This document shows, piece by piece, positions 1 to 10,250 of a DNA stretch of 64,000 nucleotides. The stretch lies in the IMG/VR virus record IMGVR_UViG_3300027770_000032; one strand, given 5' to 3'. A model generated the notes under the pieces. It saw only the letters and a program-made list of their open reading frames with translations. It ran no database searches and was not told the origin of the DNA. The number at the start of each line of letters is the position of its first letter. Position 1 is the stretch's first letter. The position numbers were made by a program, and so were the translations under genes. Source of the stretch: a virus.

Positions 1-1
1 C

Positions 2-2596
2 ACTGTAGGTTCTAGCTTCATTGCCAACACGAGCAAAGTGGCTATCGGTACGGCAGTCGGACTTGAAGCGAACGGTGGTATCGGTACTGCCGGTCAAGTA
101 TTACACTCAAATGGTACTTCGATATACTGGGCAGTTGATGACAATGCCGGAGGAACAGTCACATCTGTCGCAACTGCCAACGGTCTTTCTGGTGGTCCAA
201 TTACATCAACTGGTACACTCGGTGTAACGACCGGTTCGACACTTACGGTGAATACTGCCGGCATTCATGTGAACTCAGCCTTATCAATCACATCTCTTAC
301 GTTAGCAGGTGCAGCTTCTGGTGTTACGACACTTGCTGCCGGTAATACAACAATTACAGGTTTTGCAAACGTAACAGGTAACGTACAAATAAGCGCGATC
401 AATGCAACCTCATTTGGCGCTACGCTTACTTCAAATTCAACGACCGCTATTTTAACTCTTGGCAACTCTTCTGTTACCGCAACAATGAATAGTTCAACCT
501 TTAGTGGCACTGCAAACAACTCTACGAATCTTGACGGGTCTTCATTAGCTACAGTACAAGGTCAAATTACTGGTAACGCTACTACTGCATATACAAACTC
601 AGTATCCTACACTGACACAAAGATCGGTACAGCGAATACTGCGATGGTTGCAAATGCCGGTGCAGCATATACCAATGCGACTATTTTTGCTGCCAATGCT
701 TCGAATGCAAACAATGGCACATTAGCTTTTGCTCGATTACCTTCATTGTTTGTTGGAACGACTACGATTCAGTCAACAAGTGCTGCACAAGCCGTAACAG
801 GTATTACGACGCTTGCCGCAGGTAACACGACGATTACTGGTGATATTACCGTTTCTGGTAACCTTACTATCAATGGTACTACAACCAATATAAATTCTAC
901 AAATCTTGTTGTAGAAGATAAAAACATTGTGCTTGCTGACGTAACTACTCCGACCGATGTGACTGCCGACGGTGGTGGTATTACTCTGAAAGGTGCCACC
1001 GATAAGACATTTAACTGGGTTGATGCAACTGACAGCTGGACTTCTTCTGAACATATCGATCTTGCGGCCGGTAAAGTCTATAAGATCGGTACTACTACTA
1101 TTGCTAACTCTACAGCTTTAGGTACTGGAATTCTTGCATCGTCTCTTACCTCTGTAGGCACTTTAAGTTCTCTTACGCTCGGTGGCGCAGTATCAGGCGT
1201 CACAACACTCGCTGCCGGTAATACTACTATTACTGGCTTTGCGAATGCTTCAGTTTCGGTCAACTCAGCATTGTTAACTGTGGGTACAGCCTTTGTTGCT
1301 AATACGATTGGAGCTTTTCACACTGGTACTGTTAACGCTGCATCATTTACAACCACTGGTTTAACAATTAATACTACTGCTATTGTTCCTACATCAAACT
1401 CATCAGGGCAGACATTAGGTAATACCACTTCTAGGTTTGTTTTGTCCGCCAACTCAATTGACACAACAGGCGCAATTAACATCGCCGCCGGGCAAGTGTT
1501 AAAATTCAATAATGATGTTGGTATTTCTCGCTCGCAAGCTGCAGTATTGTCTATCGGCAACGGAACTCAAAATGATTCTACTGGAACAATAAGTCTTACT
1601 GGTGGTTTATTTCAAGGCGCAGTCAATGCAGCTTCACATACTGTCGGTTCTAGCTTCATTGCCAACTCAACGGGCATTACATCAACTGGCTTTGCAAACG
1701 TATCGACTACATTACAAGTGGGAACGAATACAGCCACCTTTGGTACCGCTGTTTATATTATAGCAAGTGGTAACACCGGTGTTGGTACAAGTTCTCCGGC
1801 ATCACTGTTTCATGTCAAACGCGGCAGCAATGCTACCGAAAACTACCCTACTAATACTTGGGCGGCGCGCATTATCAATGCCACCGATGCCAATACTGAA
1901 AATGGCCTTGTTGTCGGCAATCGCTGGGCTGCGGTTGAGTCAACAATTTTTGAAGCCGGGTCGATTTATGGCGGAGGCTCTGCTTGGGCATCTTATTATA
2001 AAGTCACAGGCATTGGAACGCACACTTGGGGCACGGGCTCAACTGGCACTGAAGCTATGCGTATCGATACTAACGGTAACACTGGTATTGGTAACACCGC
2101 ACCGGCCCATAAATTATCGATAGGTGGCACGCTCGCAGCCGGTAACACTACGATCACGGGTTTTGCTAACGTATCGACCACTTTACAAGTAGGAGGCATT
2201 TCTACTCTTGCCGCAAACTTAGTAATGGCCAACAATTTTATTACTCGCCCAGTGTTAGCAGGTTACTCTGAACACGAAGTGTCAAACACGGCAGTTACTG
2301 GTACATTTACACTAGACTTTTCGACTGCAAACTTCTTCGATCTAATACTTACTGGAAACACGACAATCTCACCATCTGGAATTCCAGCGAATACAAGAAT
2401 GGTTTCTGCTACACTTGCAGTCAAACAAGATGCGACCGGAGGAAGAACCATTACATGGCCGACAGGTACTAAATACGCGGGTGCTGTCTCGCCTCCTGCG
2501 ACAACGACTGCAAATGCTGTCGATATCTGGTCGATTATGACGTACGATGCGGGCAATACTTACATTGTTTCATTGTCAGTAAAGAATGCGAGCTAA
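2..2596 (+). CDS. Long tail fibre protein, 5'-truncated by window edge
   Basis: Frame is open from base 2 (TVGSSFIANTSKVAIG...). T/G/A/N/S-rich with repeated TLAAGNTTITGFANV units and myovirus fibre motifs (VEDKNIVL...ADGGGITLKG.TDKTFNW, MRIDTNGNTGIG). C-terminal QDATGGRTITWP domain. Confidence 0.8.
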   Translation, partial: TVGSSFIANTSKVAIGTAVGLEANGGIGTAGQVLHSNGTSIYWAVDDNAGGTVTSVATANGLSGGPITSTGTLGVTTGSTLTVNTAGIHVNSALSITSLTLAGAASGVTTLAAGNTTITGFANVTGNVQISAINATSFGATLTSNSTTAILTLGNSSVTATMNSSTFSGTANNSTNLDGSSLATVQGQITGNATTAYTNSVSYTDTKIGTANTAMVANAGAAYTNATIFAANASNANNGTLAFARLPSLFVGTTTIQSTSAAQAVTGITTLAAGNTTITGDITVSGNLTINGTTTNINSTNLVVEDKNIVLADVTTPTDVTADGGGITLKGATDKTFNWVDATDSWTSSEHIDLAAGKVYKIGTTTIANSTALGTGILASSLTSVGTLSSLTLGGAVSGVTTLAAGNTTITGFANASVSVNSALLTVGTAFVANTIGAFHTGTVNAASFTTTGLTINTTAIVPTSNSSGQTLGNTTSRFVLSANSIDTTGAINIAAGQVLKFNNDVGISRSQAAVLSIGNGTQNDSTGTISLTGGLFQGAVNAASHTVGSSFIANSTGITSTGFANVSTTLQVGTNTATFGTAVYIIASGNTGVGTSSPASLFHVKRGSNATENYPTNTWAARIINATDANTENGLVVGNRWAAVESTIFEAGSIYGGGSAWASYYKVTGIGTHTWGTGSTGTEAMRIDTNGNTGIGNTAPAHKLSIGGTLAAGNTTITGFANVSTTLQVGGISTLAANLVMANNFITRPVLAGYSEHEVSNTAVTGTFTLDFSTANFFDLILTGNTTISPSGIPANTRMVSATLAVKQDATGGRTITWPTGTKYAGAVSPPATTTANAVDIWSIMTYDAGNTYIVSLSVKNAS

Positions 2597-2599
2597 GAT

Positions 2600-3922
2600 A
2601 TGGGTATTGGTGGAGGTTCTAAATTTACACTCGAAAAAACTTGGCGCGCAAGTGGTGTCGGCACGACTACGTTTAATGCACCAGGCAATATCGCAATCCC
2701 TTACGGTAGAAATGTAATCAACGTTGCTGGTGCAGGTGGCACCGGAACAGCAGCCATTTCTGGTAACTTAAACTATAATCCACTTGTACCAGGAACATTA
2801 AACTATAATCCACTTGTTCCAGGAACATTAAACTACAATCCACTCGTTCCTGGTACTCTTAACTATAACCCACTCGTTCCTGGTAACTTGAACTATAATC
2901 CACTTGTTCCTGGAACATTAAACTATAATCCTCTAGTTCCAGGCAATCTGAACTATAATCCGCTTGTTCCCGGAAACCTAAACTATAATCCACTTGTTCC
3001 TGGAACTGCCAACTATAATGCTGTCGTTCCGGGCACTTCTAACTATAATGCTGTCGTTCCGGGCACTTCTAACTATAATGCTGTCGTTCCAGGCAATTCT
3101 AACTTTAACCCAATTGTTCCAGGAACTGCGAGCACATATAATCCAGAGAGCGCAGGAACAGCGAGCTCATATAATGCTCCAAGCCCAGGAACAATTGCTG
3201 GATATACTCCCTATAAAGCCAAAGCGGGTACCGGAGGCAATCCGTTCTATAATGCTCCAACTGCTGGTAATCTGAATTATAACTCTCCTTCTCCAGGTAC
3301 AGTTGCAAGTTATAATTCTCCTTCAGGCGGCACATTTGCTGGTACTAATCCATCAAGTGGAGGTACATTTGCTGGTACTAATCCATCAAGTGGAGGTACA
3401 TTTGCTGGTACTAATCCATCAAGCGGCGGTACTTTATCTTCATACAATGCTCCAACTGGCCAAACATCGACCGGAACATATAATGCTCCAACTGGAAAAA
3501 CATCGACCGGAACATATAATGCTCCAACTGGTCAAACATCAACAGCAACATACAATGCTCCAACTGGCCAAACATCGACCGGAACATATAATGCTCCAAC
3601 TGGAAAAACATCAACAGGCACTTATAATGCACCAACGGGTCAAACCTCAACAGGCACTTATAATGCACCAACGGGTCAAACCTCGACCGGAACATATAAC
3701 GCTCCGACTGGACAAACGTCGTCAACATATAATCCAAATACTCCGGCAGTTGCCGGTACCTCATCATCAGCGCTCGGCGTGACAGCTCCCGGATCGGCGA
3801 CCGGAGGAACTCCAGCAACACCGGTAGGTCAAACACTTGTTAGCTATTATACATATCCAGATAACGCAACATATCCTGTGACAGTGGCTCCTGGGGGTAA
3901 TATAACTATAGTAGTATCGTAA
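2600..3922 (+). CDS. Gly/Pro/Thr-rich repeat protein, probable fibre-tip adhesin
   Basis: Directly follows the fibre gene. A Gly-rich domain (TTFNAPGNIAIPYG...VAGAGG / YPVTVAPGG) is split by ~330 aa of tandem repeats. Confidence 0.65.
   Translation: MGIGGGSKFTLEKTWRASGVGTTTFNAPGNIAIPYGRNVINVAGAGGTGTAAISGNLNYNPLVPGTLNYNPLVPGTLNYNPLVPGTLNYNPLVPGNLNYNPLVPGTLNYNPLVPGNLNYNPLVPGNLNYNPLVPGTANYNAVVPGTSNYNAVVPGTSNYNAVVPGNSNFNPIVPGTASTYNPESAGTASSYNAPSPGTIAGYTPYKAKAGTGGNPFYNAPTAGNLNYNSPSPGTVASYNSPSGGTFAGTNPSSGGTFAGTNPSSGGTFAGTNPSSGGTLSSYNAPTGQTSTGTYNAPTGKTSTGTYNAPTGQTSTATYNAPTGQTSTGTYNAPTGKTSTGTYNAPTGQTSTGTYNAPTGQTSTGTYNAPTGQTSSTYNPNTPAVAGTSSSALGVTAPGSATGGTPATPVGQTLVSYYTYPDNATYPVTVAPGGNITIVVS
2762..3745 (+). 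repeat. Coding tandem repeats: 30-nt (GxLNYNPLVP), 33-nt (GTFAGTNPSSG) and 36-nt (QTSTGTYNAPTG) units
   Basis: Directly visible. In-frame units with synonymous third-position variation. Confidence 0.95.
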
Positions 3923-3946
3923 TTTTTATATAATGAGGAATATATA

Positions 3947-4537
3947 ATGACTTTTGACTTTCAAAAATATAATGCGCCGTTGGAGTGTTTTGCTATATGG
4001 GAAGGTGGATTTACACCTGAAGAAGTAGACAAAATCCTTTATATGGAATCTCTCCAAAACTTTGGAAAAGGTACAGTAGGATCCGAGAATGCAGTTGCTA
4101 AAAAAGAAGTCAGAGACTCTGAAATAGCATGGATTCACCCCGATCAACATTCCCATTGGTTATTTGAACGACTTGCTGCAATCACATCAACCATAAATCA
4201 TCAACAATTTATGTATGATATTAAAGGTGTTGAACTTCTTCAATACACAAAATACAATATTAACCAACACTACACTTGGCACTGGGATGTTGAGTTTGGT
4301 TGGCAAAACTTTCAGCGTAAAATCTCTGCCACGATGATGCTCTCTGATCCTGATGAGTATGAAGGTGGTGAACTCGAGGTTTGCAATAATGGCAATTTTG
4401 AAGATACTAAAGTAGTGAAACCTAAAAAAGGTGATATTGTTTTCTTTGCATCTTGGATGCCGCATCGAGTAAAACCAGTTATTTCTGGTGAAAGAAAATC
4501 ATTGGTAATGTGGGTAATGGGAAAAAGGCAATCGTAA
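3947..4537 (+). CDS. 2OG-Fe(II) oxygenase, PKHD/prolyl-4-hydroxylase-like
   Basis: YTWHWD (HxD), YEGGEL, PHRVKPV (distal H), RKSLVMW (RxS). Confidence 0.9.
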   Translation: MTFDFQKYNAPLECFAIWEGGFTPEEVDKILYMESLQNFGKGTVGSENAVAKKEVRDSEIAWIHPDQHSHWLFERLAAITSTINHQQFMYDIKGVELLQYTKYNINQHYTWHWDVEFGWQNFQRKISATMMLSDPDEYEGGELEVCNNGNFEDTKVVKPKKGDIVFFASWMPHRVKPVISGERKSLVMWVMGKRQS

Positions 4538-5253
4538 TGTTTAACTTCTTTAAAAAACCGGTGATGGAATTCTATTGCCATCCAGAACAACATGGTGTTA
4601 TTCCTGAACCAAAACCGGCTGCAAAGTATATAGCAGATTGGTTTAAAAAAATTCCTGTCGATCTTGATGAAAGAGACACGTTTGGTGCTCGATCAATGTC
4701 TGCAAAGAAATGTATGCCAATGCTAGATGCAATGACATTAGGATACGTGATTCCTTTACAAGCAGATCTACATCTCATTTCTAATCACGATCGCACTCAT
4801 ATTGAGGTGACAAATCCTCCTGGTACAAAGATTTGTGAGTTTCATAATATCAAGCAAGTTGGTGAAAAGACTGCGCCCGGATTTCCGGCAGCTCCAATAA
4901 AGTTCATCAACTATTGGGTGATTAAAACAAAGCCCGGTTATTCTACGATGATCATGCCATTAGTTAATAATTTTGATAATGACTTTACGTGTTTGTCAGG
5001 TCTTGTCGACACTGATAGATATCCTAAAGAAATCAATTTTCCTGCAATCTGGCACACTCCTAACTTTGATGATATTATTCCAGCAGGAACTCCACTTGTT
5101 GTAGTGTTTCCTATTAAAAGAAGCGATATTCCATCTAAACCAATCGTCAGAGAAATGACCACTAAAGAATTTAAACACATTGATAATATCAAAAAAGCAC
5201 AAGACAGTCGTCGTCATGTCTATACACAAGAATTGAGGGAACCTAGAAAATGA
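4537..5253 (+). CDS. Conserved hypothetical protein of phage oxygenase clusters (DUF6065-like)
   Basis: KKCMPMLDAMTLGYVIP, W.IKT.PGYS, G.VDTD.Y, IPAGTPLV motifs. ATG overlaps the previous stop. Confidence 0.55.
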   Translation: MFNFFKKPVMEFYCHPEQHGVIPEPKPAAKYIADWFKKIPVDLDERDTFGARSMSAKKCMPMLDAMTLGYVIPLQADLHLISNHDRTHIEVTNPPGTKICEFHNIKQVGEKTAPGFPAAPIKFINYWVIKTKPGYSTMIMPLVNNFDNDFTCLSGLVDTDRYPKEINFPAIWHTPNFDDIIPAGTPLVVVFPIKRSDIPSKPIVREMTTKEFKHIDNIKKAQDSRRHVYTQELREPRK

Positions 5254-5969
5254 TTTTCAATTTTCTTAAAAAGAAAAAAGATCTTGAATTTGTAGATACC
5301 AGTAGAACTGCTTATCAGACATATCCTGTTGTAAGAGCGGCTGATATCAAACCGCGCACATTTGAATATCAAAAAAACAAATACAAAAAGCATATGTTGC
5401 CTCACTGCCCCGGTATGATTCAATATGCTGAGATGGGATATATTATTCCTGCATGGATTGATATTCACATTAGAGCGAATAAAGCAGGTGTTGCTCACTA
5501 TATTGGATCTGACGAACGCGGAACCCGCGGATATTTGCCAGGTAGAGTAATGGGTGCAGACGTAATCGATGGGATCTTTGAACCAGAAGATGGTGTTCCG
5601 TTGACTCCTCTTAATTTTGGAGCACCTTGGGCTATTTTTGGTCGTGGTAATATTACAGCCTTGTTATTACCTGCGATTTATCATTCAGACTTCTTAGACG
5701 ATTTGATGGTATTACCTGGATCTGTTGATTATGAAAAGTTTCATACTGCCAATTTTATCTGTGCTCCAAAGCGTGAGTGCGAGGTACATATCAAAGCTGG
5801 AGATCCTTTGTTGCATGTGATCCCGTTCTGGAATAAAGAATTTAATGCTGGATTTGGGCCTGGATCACAAGATCAAGTAGACAAATGGAATAATGAAATT
5901 CCCGGTGATGATAAACAATATTATCGTAGGTTTCAAATGTTAAAGAAAGTGTTTAGGTTGTCAAAATGA
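5250..5969 (+). CDS. Paralogue of the preceding hypothetical protein (DUF6065-like)
   Basis: CPGM...GYIIPAW, PGSVD, IKAGDPLLHVIPF align with the upstream gene. Confidence 0.55.
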   Translation: MIFNFLKKKKDLEFVDTSRTAYQTYPVVRAADIKPRTFEYQKNKYKKHMLPHCPGMIQYAEMGYIIPAWIDIHIRANKAGVAHYIGSDERGTRGYLPGRVMGADVIDGIFEPEDGVPLTPLNFGAPWAIFGRGNITALLLPAIYHSDFLDDLMVLPGSVDYEKFHTANFICAPKRECEVHIKAGDPLLHVIPFWNKEFNAGFGPGSQDQVDKWNNEIPGDDKQYYRRFQMLKKVFRLSK

Positions 5970-7036
5970 AAATATTTGTATCAATCTGTTCTTATAGAGA
6001 TCCACTTTTACATTATACTCTTGAGAGTTTAATTGAAAACAAATCAAATAGACACGAAGCAACTTACTCGATCTTAGAACAGATCGTATACAAAGACTCG
6101 CTTGAGAAGTTATATCCAGAACTTGTGGCAAGACCGGATGTTGTTTATAAAAGAGTCGAACCACAATATTCAGACGGGGTAGGTTGGGCGAGAAAGGTTA
6201 ACTCACTGAATGTAAGAGATGAGGATTTCTTTTATCAAATCGACAGTCATATGGTGTTCGATGAAAACTGGGATCGATATCTTGTAGAAGACTATAAGCG
6301 TGGTGTCAAGAAATCTGGTAGTAAGAAAGTTATTATTGACGGTGGAACTAAAACTTATACGTTAACTGAAAAGTTTGAACCGTATAAACATATAGAAGCT
6401 TACGGAATTACCACACATGCAAAATATTTTATGTGGGACAGAAATTCTATATTAGCAGTACATGGACATCATGTTCCTCCTACACCAGATGTGATGCCTA
6501 CAGCACATCTTTTTGCCGGCAATCTTTTTACTCATGTCGAATGGCTTCAAAATGTAGGAATCAATCATCTTTCGTTTTTTGATGCTGAAGAACAGCTTCT
6601 TACTATGACATCATTTGAAGCCGGTTACTATATGTACGCGCCGACTGAAGTTAAAGTATATCATTTCGCCGGATCCGGAGAGTATACTACTAAACAGTGG
6701 TATAAACCTATTATTAGTATGGATAAATACTCAGAATGCGTAAAAATATCTGTTAAACAGTGGACAGATTATCTTGAATATGTTCAAGAATCCGTTCTCA
6801 TAGATTACTACAAATATTCTGGCGTAGATTACATTAATCAAAAGATCGAAGATCGCGGTCGAGACTATCCTGCATTAGTCAGTAAAATGAATTATCCTTT
6901 GATACCAGGCGAAACTCACGTCGTTATTAATAAAGAAATTGAAGAAGACACTAAATCTAATATAATTGTTAATGAAGAAATTCAAGATGATAAAGGTGAA
7001 ATAACAAATGACAGTGCCGAATCTCAAACGGAATAG
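5966..7036 (+). CDS. Glycosyltransferase, GT60 / Skp1 hydroxyproline GlcNAc-transferase (Gnt1)-like
   Basis: IFVSICSYRDP, GVGWAR, QIDSHMVF..NWD (DxH), EE..L and YH motifs are typical of the GlcNAc/GT60 family. Confidence 0.8.
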   Translation: MKIFVSICSYRDPLLHYTLESLIENKSNRHEATYSILEQIVYKDSLEKLYPELVARPDVVYKRVEPQYSDGVGWARKVNSLNVRDEDFFYQIDSHMVFDENWDRYLVEDYKRGVKKSGSKKVIIDGGTKTYTLTEKFEPYKHIEAYGITTHAKYFMWDRNSILAVHGHHVPPTPDVMPTAHLFAGNLFTHVEWLQNVGINHLSFFDAEEQLLTMTSFEAGYYMYAPTEVKVYHFAGSGEYTTKQWYKPIISMDKYSECVKISVKQWTDYLEYVQESVLIDYYKYSGVDYINQKIEDRGRDYPALVSKMNYPLIPGETHVVINKEIEEDTKSNIIVNEEIQDDKGEITNDSAESQTE

Positions 7037-7469
7037 AGAATGTGGAGATTGTAAAGAATGCTGTACGGGCACTTTATATGCTGATATTTACGGAAAAATT
7101 ATGGATAAGGGAAGACCGTGTCACTACTTAGGTGGAGAGGGTTGCACTATTTATGAAAAAAGGCCAGGTGTTTGTAAAGCATATGCATGTGAATGGCTAA
7201 GAGATGATTCGACACTTATTCCAGAATGGATGAGACCGGATTTATCAAAAGTTATTATTACGCAAAAAGGCTGGGGTGATAATCTTCAACACAATTATTG
7301 GAATATCGCAGAAAGCCATCAGAAGATTGATTCTGTAATCTTAAATTGGGTCTATATGTATACGTCTTCTCATAATATATGTGCTAACATTGAAGTTGAC
7401 GGAAGATGGTATCAAATGGGCCCTCCCGAATTTGTAGAATATATGCAGAGAAGTGTTTCGGCGACTTAA
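7008..7469 (+). CDS. YkgJ/FliB-like cysteine-cluster (Fe-S/Zn) protein
   Basis: CGDCKECC...CHYL...GCTIYEKRPGVCKAYAC. Confidence 0.8.
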   Translation: MTVPNLKRNRECGDCKECCTGTLYADIYGKIMDKGRPCHYLGGEGCTIYEKRPGVCKAYACEWLRDDSTLIPEWMRPDLSKVIITQKGWGDNLQHNYWNIAESHQKIDSVILNWVYMYTSSHNICANIEVDGRWYQMGPPEFVEYMQRSVSAT

Positions 7470-7473
7470 ATCT

Positions 7474-8067
7474 ATGTTATACGAAGAAATAAAACTTAAA
7501 AATCCTGGGGTATTAAAAACAAAACTACCTAATGATATATTCAGGCAGATAAAAGCTGATGCACTTGCAGATGCTGAAAAAAAGATCCCATATAATGAAC
7601 ATTTAGTAGGTCAAATTGCTGGTGAATATCAAATCAAAGTAAATCCATATTTTGAAAAAATTATTAATAATATGTGGATTGAATATAGAGAAAGATTTGA
7701 CTATCATCTTTCAAACCAATATTATATTTCTGATACAGCATGGATAAATGTCCAGAAAAAACATGAATTCAATCCCGTGCATCATCATGAAGGTGCAGCA
7801 TCTTGGGTTATATGGTTACAGATCCCGTATGATTTAGAGGAAGAATTGAACACTTTTAAAAATGCAAAAAGTCGTGATACTTCTTTATTTTATTTTTATT
7901 ATAATTCGTTTATAGGAACACAAGAAAATTCCCCGCTGTATATTGATAAACAATGGGAAGGAACTATGATTATGTTTCCGGCGATGCTGAAGCATAGCGT
8001 ATATCCATTTTATACTACAGACTCTCCAAGAATTTCAATATCTGGGAACATTGAAGTCCATGCATGA
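7474..8067 (+). CDS. 2OG-Fe(II) oxygenase (TIGR02466-like)
   Basis: WIN.QKKHEFNPVHHH, FPAMLKHSVYPF, RISISGN. Start could be GTG 7453. Confidence 0.85.
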   Translation: MLYEEIKLKNPGVLKTKLPNDIFRQIKADALADAEKKIPYNEHLVGQIAGEYQIKVNPYFEKIINNMWIEYRERFDYHLSNQYYISDTAWINVQKKHEFNPVHHHEGAASWVIWLQIPYDLEEELNTFKNAKSRDTSLFYFYYNSFIGTQENSPLYIDKQWEGTMIMFPAMLKHSVYPFYTTDSPRISISGNIEVHA

Positions 8068-8890
8068 TATTCAATTTTGGAAAGAATTATGTCCAAATCT
8101 TACGATTGCAGAAATAGATCGTTGGGCAACACCGTCAGAAATTGCTATAGAAGATGTCAAAGATAAAATAGTTAACGACGGATATTTCCATATACCATTT
8201 GACTCATGGAATCTGCCTTTCGATGAAATGACTCGATGCATTGAAAAGTTAAAAGATCTTGATATGCAACCAGTATGGTGTTTTATATACGACGAGTTTT
8301 GGTTATTGACGGTCAAGATCGATGCACACATCAAATCTATTCTTGGTGAAAATTATTATCGGCTTCCTGAAGTGTGGGCATGGCATATCGATCCATCGAA
8401 AGAAGAAAGAGGCTGGAAGATACATCGAGAAGGCGGATATTATAGTACATTTGATGACGGTCTTCCAAAAACTTTAACTATCTGGATTCCTTTAACAGAT
8501 GCAACTTCAGAGAATGGTTGCATGTGTGTCGTGCCAATAGCAAACGATCCTAACTTTTATAATACAGACGAATCGTATTATGCAAATTGGCAAGAAGATT
8601 TTTATGATAATAGTAAAAAAATACTTGAAGCCAAATCAGGAGATGTGCTTGGATGGCATCCGCAGATATTACATTGGGGGAAAAAATCTACTAATAAAAA
8701 TGCAAATCCGCGAATATCAATATCCATGGAGTTTGTTTCGAATCGTATATTAGAACTAAATGATACTGCGTGTTTTTATGACAAAGAAGAACATCCATGG
8801 TTAGATCCATTTTATATTCCAGATCTGACTAAAAAGACAGAACTCATAAATAAGCTAGTATCACGATATCAACATATGTGGGAAAAGTAA
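8060..8890 (+). CDS. PhyH-family 2OG-Fe(II) dioxygenase
   Basis: WKIHRE, TIWIPLTDATSENGCM.VVP, GDVL...LHWG, PRISIS. Confidence 0.8.
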   Translation: MHDIQFWKELCPNLTIAEIDRWATPSEIAIEDVKDKIVNDGYFHIPFDSWNLPFDEMTRCIEKLKDLDMQPVWCFIYDEFWLLTVKIDAHIKSILGENYYRLPEVWAWHIDPSKEERGWKIHREGGYYSTFDDGLPKTLTIWIPLTDATSENGCMCVVPIANDPNFYNTDESYYANWQEDFYDNSKKILEAKSGDVLGWHPQILHWGKKSTNKNANPRISISMEFVSNRILELNDTACFYDKEEHPWLDPFYIPDLTKKTELINKLVSRYQHMWEK

Positions 8891-9499
8891 ATGCCTGAAC
8901 TAACCAAATACGAAAAATTAGTAAGACTTCAGCCGGTCGATTTTGTGCCTGAGATACAATTGTATCTATGTGATACAGCACATCACATCGTATATCCCGA
9001 TAGATATCCTTGTTGGGCATACGCATGGGTAGGCGGAAAGGCACTTGCCAGATATATTCTTGATAATCCGCAATTAGTTCAAGGCAAAACAATCATTGAC
9101 ATGGCAGCTGGATCTGGAATTGCAGCCATCGCAGCTAAAATGGCTGGCGCTGCAAGAGTAATAGCAGTCGATGACTATACACCGAGTATAGAAATCATGC
9201 AACTCAATGCTGAAGCGAATGGCGTTGAAATAGAATTGGTTCAACAAAGCGTTTTTGACTATCAACCAAGCCACGCCTATGACTTATTCATAATGGGCGA
9301 TCCATTCTATAACGATGATCTCTTCTCGTATGTTGAAAATAATTTCAAACCAGTACTTGTCGGATGCCCGGTAAGATCTCATACTTTGTATTATAATTTT
9401 TATGTAAAAAATCCAATACACACATATACTATTGAATCACCTCCAGGCTACGACGACTATCTCGAATTTGACACACACATTTGGTGGTTAAGTGCCTAA
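8891..9499 (+). CDS. SAM-dependent protein (lysine) methyltransferase, ETFbeta-KMT/PrmA-like
   Basis: WAYAWVGGKALARYILDNP, IIDMAAGSGIAAIAA motif I, LNAEANGV. Confidence 0.8.
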   Translation: MPELTKYEKLVRLQPVDFVPEIQLYLCDTAHHIVYPDRYPCWAYAWVGGKALARYILDNPQLVQGKTIIDMAAGSGIAAIAAKMAGAARVIAVDDYTPSIEIMQLNAEANGVEIELVQQSVFDYQPSHAYDLFIMGDPFYNDDLFSYVENNFKPVLVGCPVRSHTLYYNFYVKNPIHTYTIESPPGYDDYLEFDTHIWWLSA

Positions 9500-10250
9500 A
9501 TTTACGTGTTTATTAACACCAGGAAGATCGGGCTCTACGTTTTTATACACTGCATTTAATCAAATTCCAAATACTATTGCACATGAATCATACTATGTGT
9601 GTACTGATAATATCGAGCAGTGTTTTTCTTCTATTTACGGAAAATCGTTGGCAGAAAAAAACAGATTCATAAAGTCTAAGATCGAATATATCGAAAACTT
9701 AGACTGTGAATACTATGTTGATACTGTATCTCTTATATGCCAAGATAATAACTTAGAGTTGTTTATCGATAACGGTTATAAACCAAATGTCATTACGCTT
9801 CGCCGTGATCCAAGAGATGTTGCCTTAAGCTGGTATAGTTTTGGTTGGGATCCGACTAAGTCGCCTTTAACATCTGTCAATCCAAATGACAAAGATGCCA
9901 TCAAAATCACATTACAGGATCCACATGATTATCAATATTGTTTATGGTATTGCTTTGAGATTGAAAGACTGTGTAGACAATATAAAACAAAACTTGAATC
10001 TTGGGGCGTCAAACATTATGAAACATCCTTGTCTCATATAATAGACAAAGACAAGTTTAATTTGATGTTAGATTTTTTTGAAATGCCTAACATATCAGAG
10101 ATATGTCAAGGTAAAATAAATGAACTGAATGAATTTAAGGTCAGATCATTAGAAAATCATCTAATTCCTGAGTTGCAACAGCAGTTTCTAGAAAACATTA
10201 GAGACAATAATGACATAGAGTTTTTTGATATGGATCAGTGGAACTATTAG
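9492..10250 (+). CDS. Sulfotransferase-like protein
   Basis: PGRSGST (5'-PSB loop) and LRRDPRDVALSW (3'-PB). Confidence 0.65.
   Translation: MPKFTCLLTPGRSGSTFLYTAFNQIPNTIAHESYYVCTDNIEQCFSSIYGKSLAEKNRFIKSKIEYIENLDCEYYVDTVSLICQDNNLELFIDNGYKPNVITLRRDPRDVALSWYSFGWDPTKSPLTSVNPNDKDAIKITLQDPHDYQYCLWYCFEIERLCRQYKTKLESWGVKHYETSLSHIIDKDKFNLMLDFFEMPNISEICQGKINELNEFKVRSLENHLIPELQQQFLENIRDNNDIEFFDMDQWNY

Noticed and set aside
2762-3745. Regularly spaced 30-36 nt repeats as a CRISPR array
   Set aside because: No unique spacers; the units are in-frame coding repeats with synonymous variation; no cas genes.
21-3836. Alternative-frame and antisense ORFs over the fibre genes (e.g. 3303-3782, 3411-3836)
   Set aside because: Shadows of repetitive, codon-biased coding sequence; no RBS or motifs.
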